This document shows, in pieces, positions 18,898 to 28,877 of a stretch of DNA of 41,714 nt. The DNA is taken from assembly GCA_043810925.1 (NCBI GenBank), contig JBDRNT010000034.1, positions 1 to 41,714 on the forward strand. The letters run 5' to 3'. The DNA comes from Candidatus Eiseniibacteriota bacterium (GTDB lineage Bacteria > Arandabacterota > Arandabacteria > Arandabacterales > Arandabacteraceae). Position 1 is the stretch's first letter, and every line of letters starts with the position of its first letter. Made by a program: the position numbers and the translations under genes. Under the pieces are notes generated by a model. It was not told where the DNA came from, did no database searches, and saw only the letters and a program-made list of their open reading frames with translations.

Positions 18898-19746
18898 TCA
18901 CCGGGACCGGGGCACGAGGTGGTAATTCTTTATGCGGTCGAGCCGATACACCTTCTCTCTTGCATCACCATGGCAAAACGCCGCCAGGTACACGATACCT
19001 CCGTAACCCAGGATCGCGCGCGGTGTGACTTCACGCGGCTCTTCGCCCTTTGTGCCTCCTGCGTAGACCATGACTATCCGATGCTTTTGCTGGATCGCAG
19101 AGGCGAGGTCCTCAAAACCGATGGGCGGTTTGGTCTCATAGATACGTGAGCTCTCAAACACGATGGGCTTTGAAAGGTTACCGAGATCCGCAATCGTCTT
19201 TACGCTGGCTGCCTCGGCGAGGAGCGTAAGGAAGACGTCCCTGGTCAGTCTTGCATCGGCCAGGGCGCGGTGTTTCTGCCCCATTGAAATCCCGAGCATG
19301 GTCGCCAGATTCACAAGGCTATAGCTCGGAAGGAGAGGCATCACAGCCTGAGCAAGCAACTTTGTGTCGAAGATCAGGTGGGTCGGGAACGCGAGCCCGA
19401 GCCGTATCAGATCCACACCGATAAAGCCTACGTCGAAGGGAGCGTTCTGAGCTATGAGGATGGTATCGGACGATCCGAGGAAGGCGAGGAAACGCGGCAT
19501 CACGGCTTCCACCGTGGGCTGGCCCCGGACCATCTGATTGGTTATGTGATTGACCTGCTGTACCTCGGGTGGAATATCGCTCTCAGGATCGATCAGCTGC
19601 TCAAACACCGCAATCTCATCCCCAGCGGCCGTAAAGCGGGTCGCACCGATTTCGACGAGTCTCGCCGACACGGGGTAGAGTCCAGTCGTCTCAGTATCAA
19701 ACGCGATGAAGGTGGCCTTATCCATCTCTAGGTCGGGTGTTGCCAT
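18898..19746 (-). CDS. DEDDh 3'-5' exonuclease (DnaQ-like) fused to a C-terminal WYL domain
   Basis: FDTETTG, QNAPFD, HRALADA; C-terminal Y...REVTP...YLAAFCH...YRLDRI; AGGAG RBS; TATAAT at 19772-19767 on -. Confidence 0.87.
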   Translation of the reverse strand: MATPDLEMDKATFIAFDTETTGLYPVSARLVEIGATRFTAAGDEIAVFEQLIDPESDIPPEVQQVNHITNQMVRGQPTVEAVMPRFLAFLGSSDTILIAQNAPFDVGFIGVDLIRLGLAFPTHLIFDTKLLAQAVMPLLPSYSLVNLATMLGISMGQKHRALADARLTRDVFLTLLAEAASVKTIADLGNLSKPIVFESSRIYETKPPIGFEDLASAIQQKHRIVMVYAGGTKGEEPREVTPRAILGYGGIVYLAAFCHGDAREKVYRLDRIKNYHLVPRSR

Positions 19747-19820
19747 CAACGTGACTCCTGGTTGCTATTATACTAAGGTGATTATAACGAATCGCGGCTA
19801 CACTCTCCAGAGCAATATCG

Positions 19821-20594
19821 TCAGCCGGTCTTAAGCACCTCGGTGATCCGGTCGTAGAGGAAGGGATGGCCTGCGACACCCGCCCCGTCAGCGTATGCGA
19901 TCCTGCCACCCGCCTCGGTGACAATGATCTCTCCCGCCGCAACATCCCACACCTTCGGCGGCGCACCCAGATTCACATAGCCGTCGTATGCGCCACTCGC
20001 ACAATGGCACAGTCCCAGGGAAGCGATACCCACGATTCGAACCCGGAGGCAATTGAGGATCAGTTTCCTCATCCTCGTGAGCGCCCTGTCCAGAACTTCC
20101 TCCGTATCATGACGGGACGGTATCTCAAGACAGATGAGGGCTTTCTCGAGATCCGTCTCCCGGCTGCATGAGATCTGCTCGCCATTGAGATGAGCCCCGT
20201 GGCCCTTAACGGCCGTAAACAACTCATCGTTCTCCGGGAAATAGACAACCCCGATAGCAAGCGCGCCGCCTGTTCTAAGGGCCACCGATATCCCATAGAG
20301 CGGAATGCCTCGCGCAAAATGCCTCGTACCGTCTATCGGGTCCACGATCCAGACGCAGTCCGCATCCGGCTTCTTCTCTCCTGACTCTTCAGAGATCACT
20401 CCATGGTCCGGGAACTCCTCCGACAGGAATGAGACGATCGCCTCATCGACCTTAAGATCGATATCCGTCGTCACCTCGCACCGGGGCGTATTGCTCACCA
20501 CCTTCGAACGGCGGAAACCCTGCCGTGCGATTTCACCGGCAGACATGATTGCCGGGATCACCTTCCGTATTATCTCCTCATCCCGCATCGTCAA
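19821..20594 (-). CDS. inositol monophosphatase family protein
   Basis: VTTDID, SEE, WIVDPIDGT and WDVAAG motifs. Confidence 0.9.
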   Translation of the reverse strand: MTMRDEEIIRKVIPAIMSAGEIARQGFRRSKVVSNTPRCEVTTDIDLKVDEAIVSFLSEEFPDHGVISEESGEKKPDADCVWIVDPIDGTRHFARGIPLYGISVALRTGGALAIGVVYFPENDELFTAVKGHGAHLNGEQISCSRETDLEKALICLEIPSRHDTEEVLDRALTRMRKLILNCLRVRIVGIASLGLCHCASGAYDGYVNLGAPPKVWDVAAGEIIVTEAGGRIAYADGAGVAGHPFLYDRITEVLKTG

Positions 20595-20603
20595 CTGCCT
20601 TTC

Positions 20604-22808
20604 TTATCTCGGCGCGCCGACCAGTTCCCGTATGCTGTCCTCAACTCCCTTTGCGGCCCGGTGAAGTTCCTGTTTCTTTTCAAGCAGGTTGTCCTCGGAC
20701 ACCGGCGAGTGAAGCTGTGTATGAAAACGCAGCGAGTTGGTCGTACCCGACGGTCTGATCGTCAGATGATTCAGCCGGTCCTCATCGAAGTAGAATCGAA
20801 CGCCCTCATCCGGAAACTCGAAATCTCCACTCGGCGGATAGATCGCATCATACTTGCCCGTACGGTAAATACAGGTCGACTTGACGGTGAGCCCCCCTAT
20901 CTTAAGCCCCCCCGCCTTCGCACGCCGGTGAAGGTCGAGCGTCGTCTCGAGAATCGTCTTCTTGATTCTATCACCTTTGATCCCGGGGTATTCGCCGTCC
21001 AGCGGATCGGGCTCATAGTGGTTCACGAAAAGCCCTATATCAGGATCGAGATATACGTGCTTGTCTATCAACTCAAAGACGCTTGTCCCCTGCTGCCTGG
21101 CCCACTCCCCGACCTCCGCAATCAAGAGCGCAGCAAATGTCCCGTCCTTGTCACGAACATGGCCACCGGTCCCCAGGGAAAACTGGTCGGGTGGCGGAGA
21201 TCCGAGGATCGAGAAACCATTGCTCTGCTCCATGGCCGCAATATTGTGCACCCGCTTCGCGTCCATGCTGAAGGTTTCTTGAATGAACGGGTGACAAAGA
21301 GGATCTGAAGGGCTTTTCCTGCCTTCATGGAGACCCGTAGCGAGTTTCCCGTCCCAGGTGTCCCTTACCCCGGCCGATAAGGCGGCAAATCCCACCCATG
21401 TCTTGACAACACCCAGCCCGTTCTTAAGCGACAATTTGACGATGCTGTCACTCGTGGTATGCGACAGCACAACAAAGGCCTTCTCGGGATCCGAGGTCTT
21501 ATCTTGATTGAGCCTGAACCAGAGTACAAGCGCCCACAGGTCATCGGCGGTCAACAGTGTGTGGTCCCCTGAATTGTGGAGAGATCGCTGCGCTTCGGGA
21601 ACCTTGACGACGACGGCACATCGATCGGCATCGGGATCGGTCCCGATCAGGATGTCGGTCTTCTCCCACCGGCCGGGGTACTCTTCCTGAAAGGCACTTA
21701 CCGCCCGTTCGGCCGCTCTCGGGTCTCCCGGGTCGGGTTGCTGTTCCTTACCCGCCTCGCTGCAGAAGGATGGAAAAAGCCCGTTGAGTTCGTTGAGTTC
21801 GTTCCTGGTGATACTGGTGACATGCTTAAATCCGGTTTCCGCCAGCAATCTGGGAACGGCCTTTCTGCCCGCACCATGGAAGGCGCAGTAAGCGACTCTG
21901 AGTGACGCCTCGCTACCCGGCTTGCCCGCATAGAGCAGGAATGATTTTACGTGCTCGCGGTGTGCCTTGTGGATGTCGATCAGATCACACCCATGATAGT
22001 CGAAACTGTCGACCTTCTCGCGCCCGCCAAGAAAGTGAACCTTGCCCTTGGGCGCATCCGAAATCGGACAGAGTTTGATATCGTCCGTCGTAGCCTTGAC
22101 TATGTACTCCCTGTACATCTCCTCGCGCTCTTCCGGGTCGAACTGTGATCCGTTACCGCACGACAACTTATACCCGTTGTAGCGATAGTCGTTGTGACTC
22201 GCGGAAATCAAGATCCCCATGTCGGCTCTAAGATGCGGTATCGCAAACGTCACCTCAGGATACGGACAAGGCTCATCAAAGAGATAGACGGTGTAGCCAA
22301 AGGCAAGGAAGAGCTCGGCGATCTTCTCCGCAAAGTCGTGGCCCCGGATGCGGCTGTCATATCCGATCACGATCTTGCAGAAACCCTTGCCCGCCCCAAA
22401 CTTCGCAACACCCACCGAGGTCTTAAGGAGCACAACGTTATTGAGCGTGTTGGGTCCTTTAAGTATGCGCGCATCGATGCCGTCCCGTGCAAGGGCCTCA
22501 ATCGACGCTCTATCACTTGCCATTAATCCTCTGATGCCGCCTGTTCCGAAGCTCATATGCTTCCGGAAAGCGTTTACCAGATCCTCCCACCTGCCCCCTT
22601 CGACGGCATCCACGATGCCCGCCTTGAGATTAGGCGATATCCTGTCGATGTTCTCATCTTCGAGCCACTCCCTGAGGTCTGAGAGCGTATTCCCGCTAGC
22701 GTCATCGTATAACTGCTTGTCGATGTGCCCTTTCTCCATCTCTGAGTCGAGATACCGCCCGATGCCCTGTTCCGCATCCGAGATCACCTTGTTGATGTCA
22801 AATGCCAT
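20604..22808 (-). CDS. phosphoglucomutase/phosphomannomutase family (alpha-D-phosphohexomutase)
   Basis: FGTGGIRG, GYDSR, SASHN (phospho-Ser), GTDPDADR (metal loop), VRDKDG, IRPSGT; ATG 22808 follows AGGGG, GTG 22829 is an alternative. Confidence 0.88.
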   Translation of the reverse strand: MAFDINKVISDAEQGIGRYLDSEMEKGHIDKQLYDDASGNTLSDLREWLEDENIDRISPNLKAGIVDAVEGGRWEDLVNAFRKHMSFGTGGIRGLMASDRASIEALARDGIDARILKGPNTLNNVVLLKTSVGVAKFGAGKGFCKIVIGYDSRIRGHDFAEKIAELFLAFGYTVYLFDEPCPYPEVTFAIPHLRADMGILISASHNDYRYNGYKLSCGNGSQFDPEEREEMYREYIVKATTDDIKLCPISDAPKGKVHFLGGREKVDSFDYHGCDLIDIHKAHREHVKSFLLYAGKPGSEASLRVAYCAFHGAGRKAVPRLLAETGFKHVTSITRNELNELNGLFPSFCSEAGKEQQPDPGDPRAAERAVSAFQEEYPGRWEKTDILIGTDPDADRCAVVVKVPEAQRSLHNSGDHTLLTADDLWALVLWFRLNQDKTSDPEKAFVVLSHTTSDSIVKLSLKNGLGVVKTWVGFAALSAGVRDTWDGKLATGLHEGRKSPSDPLCHPFIQETFSMDAKRVHNIAAMEQSNGFSILGSPPPDQFSLGTGGHVRDKDGTFAALLIAEVGEWARQQGTSVFELIDKHVYLDPDIGLFVNHYEPDPLDGEYPGIKGDRIKKTILETTLDLHRRAKAGGLKIGGLTVKSTCIYRTGKYDAIYPPSGDFEFPDEGVRFYFDEDRLNHLTIRPSGTTNSLRFHTQLHSPVSEDNLLEKKQELHRAAKGVEDSIRELVGAPR

Positions 22809-22841
22809 GTCTTTAAGTTCCCCCTGCACACGGTCTGATTT

Positions 22842-23708
22842 CTACTTGAGGTTGCTGCCCGTCAGTCTCGCTCCTACACCAAGATCTATGTAATTGGCTC
22901 CGTATTCTTCTTCAAACATGGTTCTTGTACCGTCGCCGGAGCAGTGGCACGGTCCGGCGTAGGTGACACCGCTCTTCTTAAGGTCGGATATCACGTCCTT
23001 CACGTCACCGCCACCAGCTCGCATCAAGTGAAAACCCCCCATTGCCAGAAGCATCTCATCCCCGAGGAATTCTCTGGCCTCATTCACGATCGGCACGATA
23101 CCTGGATGTGCGCAACCCGTTATCACAACAAGTCCCTTGTCCGTACGCACTACGAGTGATTGCTCCTTGATCCAGCCGCCGAGCTCGCCGACGGAGTATG
23201 CGTTCGTGCAAATCTCGACCGGATCTTTGACGTCGATTGCCTCCGCACCGGCCTTTGTGACCCGCTGCTTGAAGTTCGCAGCGAACGATTGCGGCATGTA
23301 AACCTTGACATTCGGGTTCGCCGCCAGAATATCCCATAGGCCGCCTGTGTGATCCTCGTGGGCATGAGAAAGTACGACAATATCGATGTCCTCAGGCTTG
23401 ATCGAAAGACTGTCCATGTTTGCCAGAAGGATAGGCGCCTCTCCCCCCGTGTCGAAGAGAATAAGCTTCTCCACTCCTTCCACCAGACACGAGAAGCCCC
23501 ATGCCGTCTTAAGCCCCTCCGCGTGCGGATTGTTGTCGTAGACGACGGTCAGACGCAGATCTTCCAGGGGTATCCCGGTTCCGTTCTCATCCTCGTCGGT
23601 CATATCAGCACTACCCTCTTTGCCACCGTAGCACAAAGTCGTTATCAGCCAGGCCATCAGAACGATAGCTGTGACAGCAAACCCTGATCTCACCGACAGC
23701 CTATGCAT
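22842..23708 (-). CDS. MBL-fold metallo-hydrolase (LFDTG...GCAHPG...GGFH family)
   Basis: WGFSCL, LFDTG, SHAHEDH, TGCAHPG, GGFH, PCHCSG; hydrophobic N-terminus; alternative start 23603. Confidence 0.85.
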   Translation of the reverse strand: MHRLSVRSGFAVTAIVLMAWLITTLCYGGKEGSADMTDEDENGTGIPLEDLRLTVVYDNNPHAEGLKTAWGFSCLVEGVEKLILFDTGGEAPILLANMDSLSIKPEDIDIVVLSHAHEDHTGGLWDILAANPNVKVYMPQSFAANFKQRVTKAGAEAIDVKDPVEICTNAYSVGELGGWIKEQSLVVRTDKGLVVITGCAHPGIVPIVNEAREFLGDEMLLAMGGFHLMRAGGGDVKDVISDLKKSGVTYAGPCHCSGDGTRTMFEEEYGANYIDLGVGARLTGSNLK

Positions 23709-23818
23709 CGTAACCCTTCACCACATGCTTAACTTGTTGGATATGATAACAGGGTAACATCCTCGTTTCAAAGTGATAACCACGAAGATTTGCGTACTGC
23801 GTATCTGTGACTCTTTTC

Positions 23819-26155
23819 CTATCTCACATGCACGGTCTTTCGGGTAACCTTCCGGCTGCCAGCCTCAACCGCTACGAAGTAGATACCCGGGCCCAGGATC
23901 TCCCCCGCATGACCGGTTCCATCCCACGTGACCGCAAACTCGCCCGCCGGATACTCGCTATTCGCGAGTGATGCAACCTCCCGGCCCATAACATCGTGGA
24001 CCGTGATACGAACGCGTGTCCCCGCAGACAAGGTCAGACGAAGCGTGGCTGTCGCCGTGAAGGGATTCGGACGCCCCGGGCCCAGCCGGACCCTAAGACC
24101 TGCGTCACCAGCCTCCTCCCCACCCGAGCTGGCTACGCCTGCGTTCGCACCGGCGACCACAAGGGCGGGATCACCGTATAGGTTGAAATTATAGAGGTTC
24201 ATGTATTCGTAGACACCGTCCCAGCCATAGTTGGTATGAGCATCGAATTTGCCGTTATAGAGAGCATCCCCGACCTTGTCGCCCTCGGCGATCATGTAGC
24301 GGTTGAAGTCAAAACAAATCTGTTCGGTTCCGCCAGGGCTCGTCTTCCAGTCGCTCGAGACCGCAGCGGGTCTCGATGAACTCACAATGCCTGCCGAAGA
24401 TCCCCAGCCGGGAAGTGTCAGGAGATCGATACCGCAATTGCCGTAGGGATTGGGGTCGGGATAGCCGACGTTACAGGATATCGCGAACACGATCGACGGG
24501 TGATCGTCATCGAGGTTCGAGGTTGCCGCATGTATGAACTGGTAACTCACCATTTCACCATTACTCTGCTCAGGCACACCGTCACCATCGTCCCACTCCC
24601 AGACTGTTCTATAAGCACCGTCGGACCAACCGTGCCCCGACCAGTTAACGTAGGCATGTTCACCGGTTCTCCAGGCGGTGTTAAAGGCAGATTCGGAAAT
24701 CGGCGGCCAGGGATAGGGTGAGGTCATAACACCGGCCTGCTCGCTCATATGGGTCAGCGTCATGCCACCCATCAGCCCTGTCTCGATCGAATCCAGACAT
24801 GTGGTCCCATCGATGAACGGGTAGCCGCTATGGTTCTGGTTTTCGAAGAAGAGTATCGACCCCGCGCTCAGGGCGTTATTCTTCCATGCGCCCGTATCCT
24901 GCTCGAAGGTCACGAGTTTATCGAGGGTATACGTGATCCGGGCTGGACTGTTGACCGGAATACGCCCCACAGCGACTTCGGCCAGGAAATCCGGATCATC
25001 GTCACCGTATTCACCATGATAGCCGTCGCCGTCGGAATCCCATGAGACTGCATCCGGGAATGACAGATCGGCGAAGTAATAGTCATTGGGTGTACCGGGG
25101 GCTATGAGACCCGGATCGCTGGGATCGTAAACATGGTAGGTGGGGTCAGGGTAGCAGATACGCATGGGGACCGTCGCATAGTCACCGACAAAGAGCACGT
25201 ATTCGATTCCCCAGGTCAAATAGTAAGCCATGAGGAAGTTACGTATCTGTTCCGCGAGATCGACGCCCGGTTGGGTTGTGATCTCGGTGTCTGTCACAAG
25301 CACTGTCCGCAAGCCATAGCCCAGGCTGGCTTTCCAGGTCGGAAAATCCGAAGCCGTGATGGCACTTTCAAGACCGCTCGTCGTTATGATCACATAATCG
25401 TAGGTCTCGCTTTGCGGCAAGGGTTGCAGTCCATCAGACTCATAGAGTCCGGCGATCTCGTCATAGTTGGAAAAGAGTCCGGCAGCTTTCTCATCGGCGA
25501 CACGATCGTGAAGACGCCGGTTGATATCTTGCGCCTCAGCGCTACCGGCCACGGGCAGGTCATAGGTGATCACAACACTAACTTCACTATGGTAGTCCAG
25601 CCGGCCTGACTCGGGATAGTACGTAAACGGGCAGAAGGCAACCGATGCATAAGCGTACTTACGGAGCGTACCTCGTTCGGCAAGCCACGCTACATCGCTG
25701 GGAAATGGACTATCCGAAAAGTATACAGATTCGTGCTTGGTCTCCCACTCCCTACCCATCCGCTCCATCGCCTCATCATGCCGGGGCATTCCCGGCAGCA
25801 TCATGATCTGCGGGAAGGGCTCAATCTCATAGACATCGGGAAGCTGAACCGTCTCGGCCGTAACGACGTCAACCGACAACGCCCTGGCACCCGGCGGCAG
25901 GGCAATCAGGAAGCGCTCCATCGGCAGCCGGGGGCTCCCCGGCACCATAAGATGGCCGAAGCCCTCCATCTCGATCCGAGAACCACCTGTTTCCTGGCTT
26001 ACCTGATAGGCACCGCTACGCAGCGTTGCGGTCGCCCGGCCTTCACCGATCGAAAAATCCGCAACGGCCGCCCGGCCGGCACCCAACGCGGAAGCGGTCC
26101 AGGCGATCACTACGGCAAGAACAAGCATCCACGCAGTCGCTGTCAAGCGTCTCAT
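23819..26155 (-). CDS. peptidase C25 (gingipain family) with propeptide and C-terminal FlgD-Ig/T9SS-type domain
   Basis: signal peptide; PGSPRLP propeptide; YVIIT, YVLFVGD, DYYFAD, VGRIP, catalytic SGHG and ISC, NLYGDP; PNPF...WDG...GIYF tail. Confidence 0.9.
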   Translation of the reverse strand: MRRLTATAWMLVLAVVIAWTASALGAGRAAVADFSIGEGRATATLRSGAYQVSQETGGSRIEMEGFGHLMVPGSPRLPMERFLIALPPGARALSVDVVTAETVQLPDVYEIEPFPQIMMLPGMPRHDEAMERMGREWETKHESVYFSDSPFPSDVAWLAERGTLRKYAYASVAFCPFTYYPESGRLDYHSEVSVVITYDLPVAGSAEAQDINRRLHDRVADEKAAGLFSNYDEIAGLYESDGLQPLPQSETYDYVIITTSGLESAITASDFPTWKASLGYGLRTVLVTDTEITTQPGVDLAEQIRNFLMAYYLTWGIEYVLFVGDYATVPMRICYPDPTYHVYDPSDPGLIAPGTPNDYYFADLSFPDAVSWDSDGDGYHGEYGDDDPDFLAEVAVGRIPVNSPARITYTLDKLVTFEQDTGAWKNNALSAGSILFFENQNHSGYPFIDGTTCLDSIETGLMGGMTLTHMSEQAGVMTSPYPWPPISESAFNTAWRTGEHAYVNWSGHGWSDGAYRTVWEWDDGDGVPEQSNGEMVSYQFIHAATSNLDDDHPSIVFAISCNVGYPDPNPYGNCGIDLLTLPGWGSSAGIVSSSRPAAVSSDWKTSPGGTEQICFDFNRYMIAEGDKVGDALYNGKFDAHTNYGWDGVYEYMNLYNFNLYGDPALVVAGANAGVASSGGEEAGDAGLRVRLGPGRPNPFTATATLRLTLSAGTRVRITVHDVMGREVASLANSEYPAGEFAVTWDGTGHAGEILGPGIYFVAVEAGSRKVTRKTVHVR

Positions 26156-26193
26156 CGGATCCCCCAATGGTTTTGGGTACGCAATACACCTAT

Positions 26194-26219
26194 CCGGTTA
26201 TCCATTATACCATAACCGG
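26194..26219 (-). promoter_or_regulatory. extended -10 element inside an 8-bp inverted repeat (candidate operator)
   Basis: CCGGTTAT (26194-26201)-10 bp-ATAACCGG (26212-26219) encloses TGGTATAAT on - (26212-26204). Confidence 0.5.
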
Positions 26220-26312
26220 TTGTGCTACTTCAATGATGGGGAGAATCCCGACACGCACTGCTTGAAGACTGCATAAAGCGGAGTTATGATGCCCGAGAGA
26301 GGAGGCTGGCCG

Positions 26313-26672
26313 ATGAAGTTATCTTTTGGCGAGGTCCAGACATTCGTTTCAGACCTTGGAGTTGCCAGAAAGTTCTACGTTGACACCCTGGGCCTGAAGC
26401 TCGTGAAAGAGACGGAGAAGTGGCTCATACTTGACGTCTCGGGTAACCAGTTCATCCTGATGGCGGGGGGAAGGCCCGTTGTCCGGCAGAAAATCTACGG
26501 TACCGAATGTACCACCGTGCTCTGTCTCATGACCGATGATATCCACCGGGACTATGCAGCTCTTAGAACCGCTGGGGTCCGGTTCTTCTCCGAGGTCAAC
26601 AAGGTGGCTGAGGGTGAATACGTGGCTTTTCAGGACCCGGACGGCAATATCCTCGAGCTGATCCAGCAGTAA
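26313..26672 (+). CDS. VOC/glyoxalase family protein
   Basis: VSDL...FYVDTLGL and FQDPDGNILEL; AGGAGG RBS before ATG 26313. Confidence 0.88.
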   Translation: MKLSFGEVQTFVSDLGVARKFYVDTLGLKLVKETEKWLILDVSGNQFILMAGGRPVVRQKIYGTECTTVLCLMTDDIHRDYAALRTAGVRFFSEVNKVAEGEYVAFQDPDGNILELIQQ

Positions 26673-26827
26673 GTTAACCCGCTTGCTGCCTCGAGCAGGC
26701 TCCATATAAGGGCCCCAACTCGGTTTTGCCTTGCAATCGGTCGAATCCTGATCTATAGTAAAGGCGATCCGCGCCACTCCCCAGTGAGGATGCTTTGATA
26801 GTCACTAAGTCACGGAGGTGATCCCAG

Positions 26828-27748
26828 ATGAGAAACCACCCTGAGTTTCTTATGATGCTTTTGAGCCTATCTTTCTGCATTATCCTGATCGGCCAACCGG
26901 TCTGGTCGGAGCCCGCGCCCTGGACACCCGCGCCGTCCATCCTGCTCGCACAGGCGGAGGACGAGGGGGATATCGATGAATCCTACAACTCATACGGCGC
27001 CGATACGGACGAGGAGATCGAATACGATGAGGCCATAATCTCTCCCGAGGAGGCAGCAGAGAAAAAGGCTGCTCCCGGGGCCATGACTGCCGTCGATAGC
27101 CTAATCCGGGGGATAAGATGGCTCGGACATGCCTCCTTCCTGATTGAGGGCGGCATAGCAATCTACATCGATCCCTACAGTCTGCCTGAGGGCCTCCCTC
27201 CCGCAGATCTGGTTCTCATAACCCATGACCACCGGGATCATTTCTCCCCCGGCGACCTGAACAAGATCCTCAAACCCACGACAGTGGTGGTCTCCGTGAA
27301 ATCGGTCTGTGATAATCTGCCGACCAAGGCCAAGAACTCCAGGACCGTAGCGCCGGGAGACACCATATCGGTTGGTGAGGTTTCGATCGCCGTCGTCCCC
27401 GCCTACAACATAAAGAAGGACTTTCACCCCAAAGAGAACGGATGGGTTGGGTTTGTCATCGAGGTCGAAGGACGGAGCATTTACCACGCGGGGGACACCG
27501 ATCTCATTCCGGAGATGAAGCACATAGATGCCGACGTTGCCCTGCTTCCGGCGGGTGGCACCTACACGATGGATGCCGATGAGGCCGCCAAGGCAGCTAA
27601 TCTCATAAAGCCACAGGTTGCGATCCCCATGCACTGGGGTACGATTGTCGGAAGCGAGGAAGACGCGAAGGCATTCAAGACCGCCTGCAAGGTCCCCGCG
27701 CTGATCCTCAAGGACGAGTCGAAGCAGGTTAAGGTCAAGGAAGAATAG
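26828..27748 (+). CDS. MBL-fold metallo-hydrolase (UPF0173/UlaG-like) with signal peptide and acidic linker
   Basis: WLGHASF, IDP, THDHRDH, YHAGDT, GGTYTM, IPMHWG; GGAGG RBS. Confidence 0.85.
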   Translation: MRNHPEFLMMLLSLSFCIILIGQPVWSEPAPWTPAPSILLAQAEDEGDIDESYNSYGADTDEEIEYDEAIISPEEAAEKKAAPGAMTAVDSLIRGIRWLGHASFLIEGGIAIYIDPYSLPEGLPPADLVLITHDHRDHFSPGDLNKILKPTTVVVSVKSVCDNLPTKAKNSRTVAPGDTISVGEVSIAVVPAYNIKKDFHPKENGWVGFVIEVEGRSIYHAGDTDLIPEMKHIDADVALLPAGGTYTMDADEAAKAANLIKPQVAIPMHWGTIVGSEEDAKAFKTACKVPALILKDESKQVKVKEE

Positions 27749-27773
27749 CGTCACCTCGAAAGGAGGAGGCACG

Positions 27774-28877
27774 TTGAAGAAAATAGTAATCATAGTGGTA
27801 GTAGTCGTGGTGGTCGCGGTCGTACTCTTTGGAGTCCTGCGCGGTAGGAAAACCGAGATACCCGACGTCCGGATAGTAGCTGTTGAGAGGGGGACTATTA
27901 CCAAGGCTGTGGTTGCGACAGGAGAGATACGGCCTCTCGCGGTGGCGGAAGTGAAATCGAAGATAGGCGGTGTGGTCCGGAGGTTCTACGTCGAGGAAGG
28001 TGACGTGGTCGGGAAGGGACAGAAGCTCGCTGAGATCGTGCCATCCGCTACACCCGGAGAGCTTGTCTATGCCAGGGAGAAGGTTAAGACCGTAAAACTC
28101 CAGCTCGAACGATCCGAGCGGAGGCTCGGGCGCCTGGAGGATCTTGCGGATAAGAAACTGATTTCCCTCGAGGAAGTCGAGGAGGCGGAGACCGAGCTCT
28201 CGATAGATGCGGCCCGCTACGATGCTGCACTTGCGGAACTGCAGGTGCTCGAACAGGGCTCGTCCGGAAAGAGTATCAGCCAGGCGGCCGCCGGCTCTCA
28301 GACCGCAGATGCGCTGATCGACATGATCGTCACATCGCCGATCTCCGGCATAGTGCTCTCACGGAACGTCGATGAGGGCTCCGCTGTGATACCCGTCTCG
28401 TCGGCATACGGCGGCACAAGTCTTCTCACCCTTGCCGATGTATCGAAGATGCATTTCGAGGGGAATGTCGATGAGAGCGATGTGGCAAAGATAACCGCCG
28501 GGATGCCTGCAAAGATATTCGTGGATGCATTCCCGGATACCGTCTTCGATGGCCTGCTTACCAGGATTGCCCCGCAGGGCCTCATGGAAGAAGGCGTTGT
28601 GAACTTCAGTGTAAAGGCCGAGCTTACGACCCACACGAATCTCTTAAGGACAGGCATGTCCGCGGATGTCCAGCTCGTCCTCGACGAACGCCACGACGTA
28701 CTCACGGTCCCTGAAGGAGCAGTTATCTACGAGGCTGACAGTACCTTCGTCGAACGCGTCGATGCGACGACAGAGGCAGGAAAAAAGCGCGTGCCCGTCA
28801 CGGTGGGCCTGAGTGACGGCATCAAGACAGAGATCATCAGCGGTCTCTCCGAGGGTGAGGAACTGGTTCTGCAATGA
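27774..28877 (+). CDS. membrane fusion / periplasmic adaptor protein (MacA-like)
   Basis: N-terminal TM; V-EGDVV-KGQ-L lipoyl half, helical hairpin, SPISG, VDESD, GMSA, ISGL-EGE; TTG start after AGGAGG. Confidence 0.9.
   Translation: MKKIVIIVVVVVVVAVVLFGVLRGRKTEIPDVRIVAVERGTITKAVVATGEIRPLAVAEVKSKIGGVVRRFYVEEGDVVGKGQKLAEIVPSATPGELVYAREKVKTVKLQLERSERRLGRLEDLADKKLISLEEVEEAETELSIDAARYDAALAELQVLEQGSSGKSISQAAAGSQTADALIDMIVTSPISGIVLSRNVDEGSAVIPVSSAYGGTSLLTLADVSKMHFEGNVDESDVAKITAGMPAKIFVDAFPDTVFDGLLTRIAPQGLMEEGVVNFSVKAELTTHTNLLRTGMSADVQLVLDERHDVLTVPEGAVIYEADSTFVERVDATTEAGKKRVPVTVGLSDGIKTEIISGLSEGEELVLQ

Noticed and set aside
18898-19746. Calling the exonuclease dnaQ or part of a defence island
   Set aside because: The WYL tail argues against the Pol III epsilon subunit, and neighbouring genes are metabolic rather than defence genes.
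3504-27904. Long opposite-strand ORFs such as 3504-4265, 9060-9764, 10173-10943, 13992-14795, 18188-18925 and 27101-27904
   Set aside because: All overlap well-supported genes, lack motifs, and are expected shadows in GC-rich DNA.
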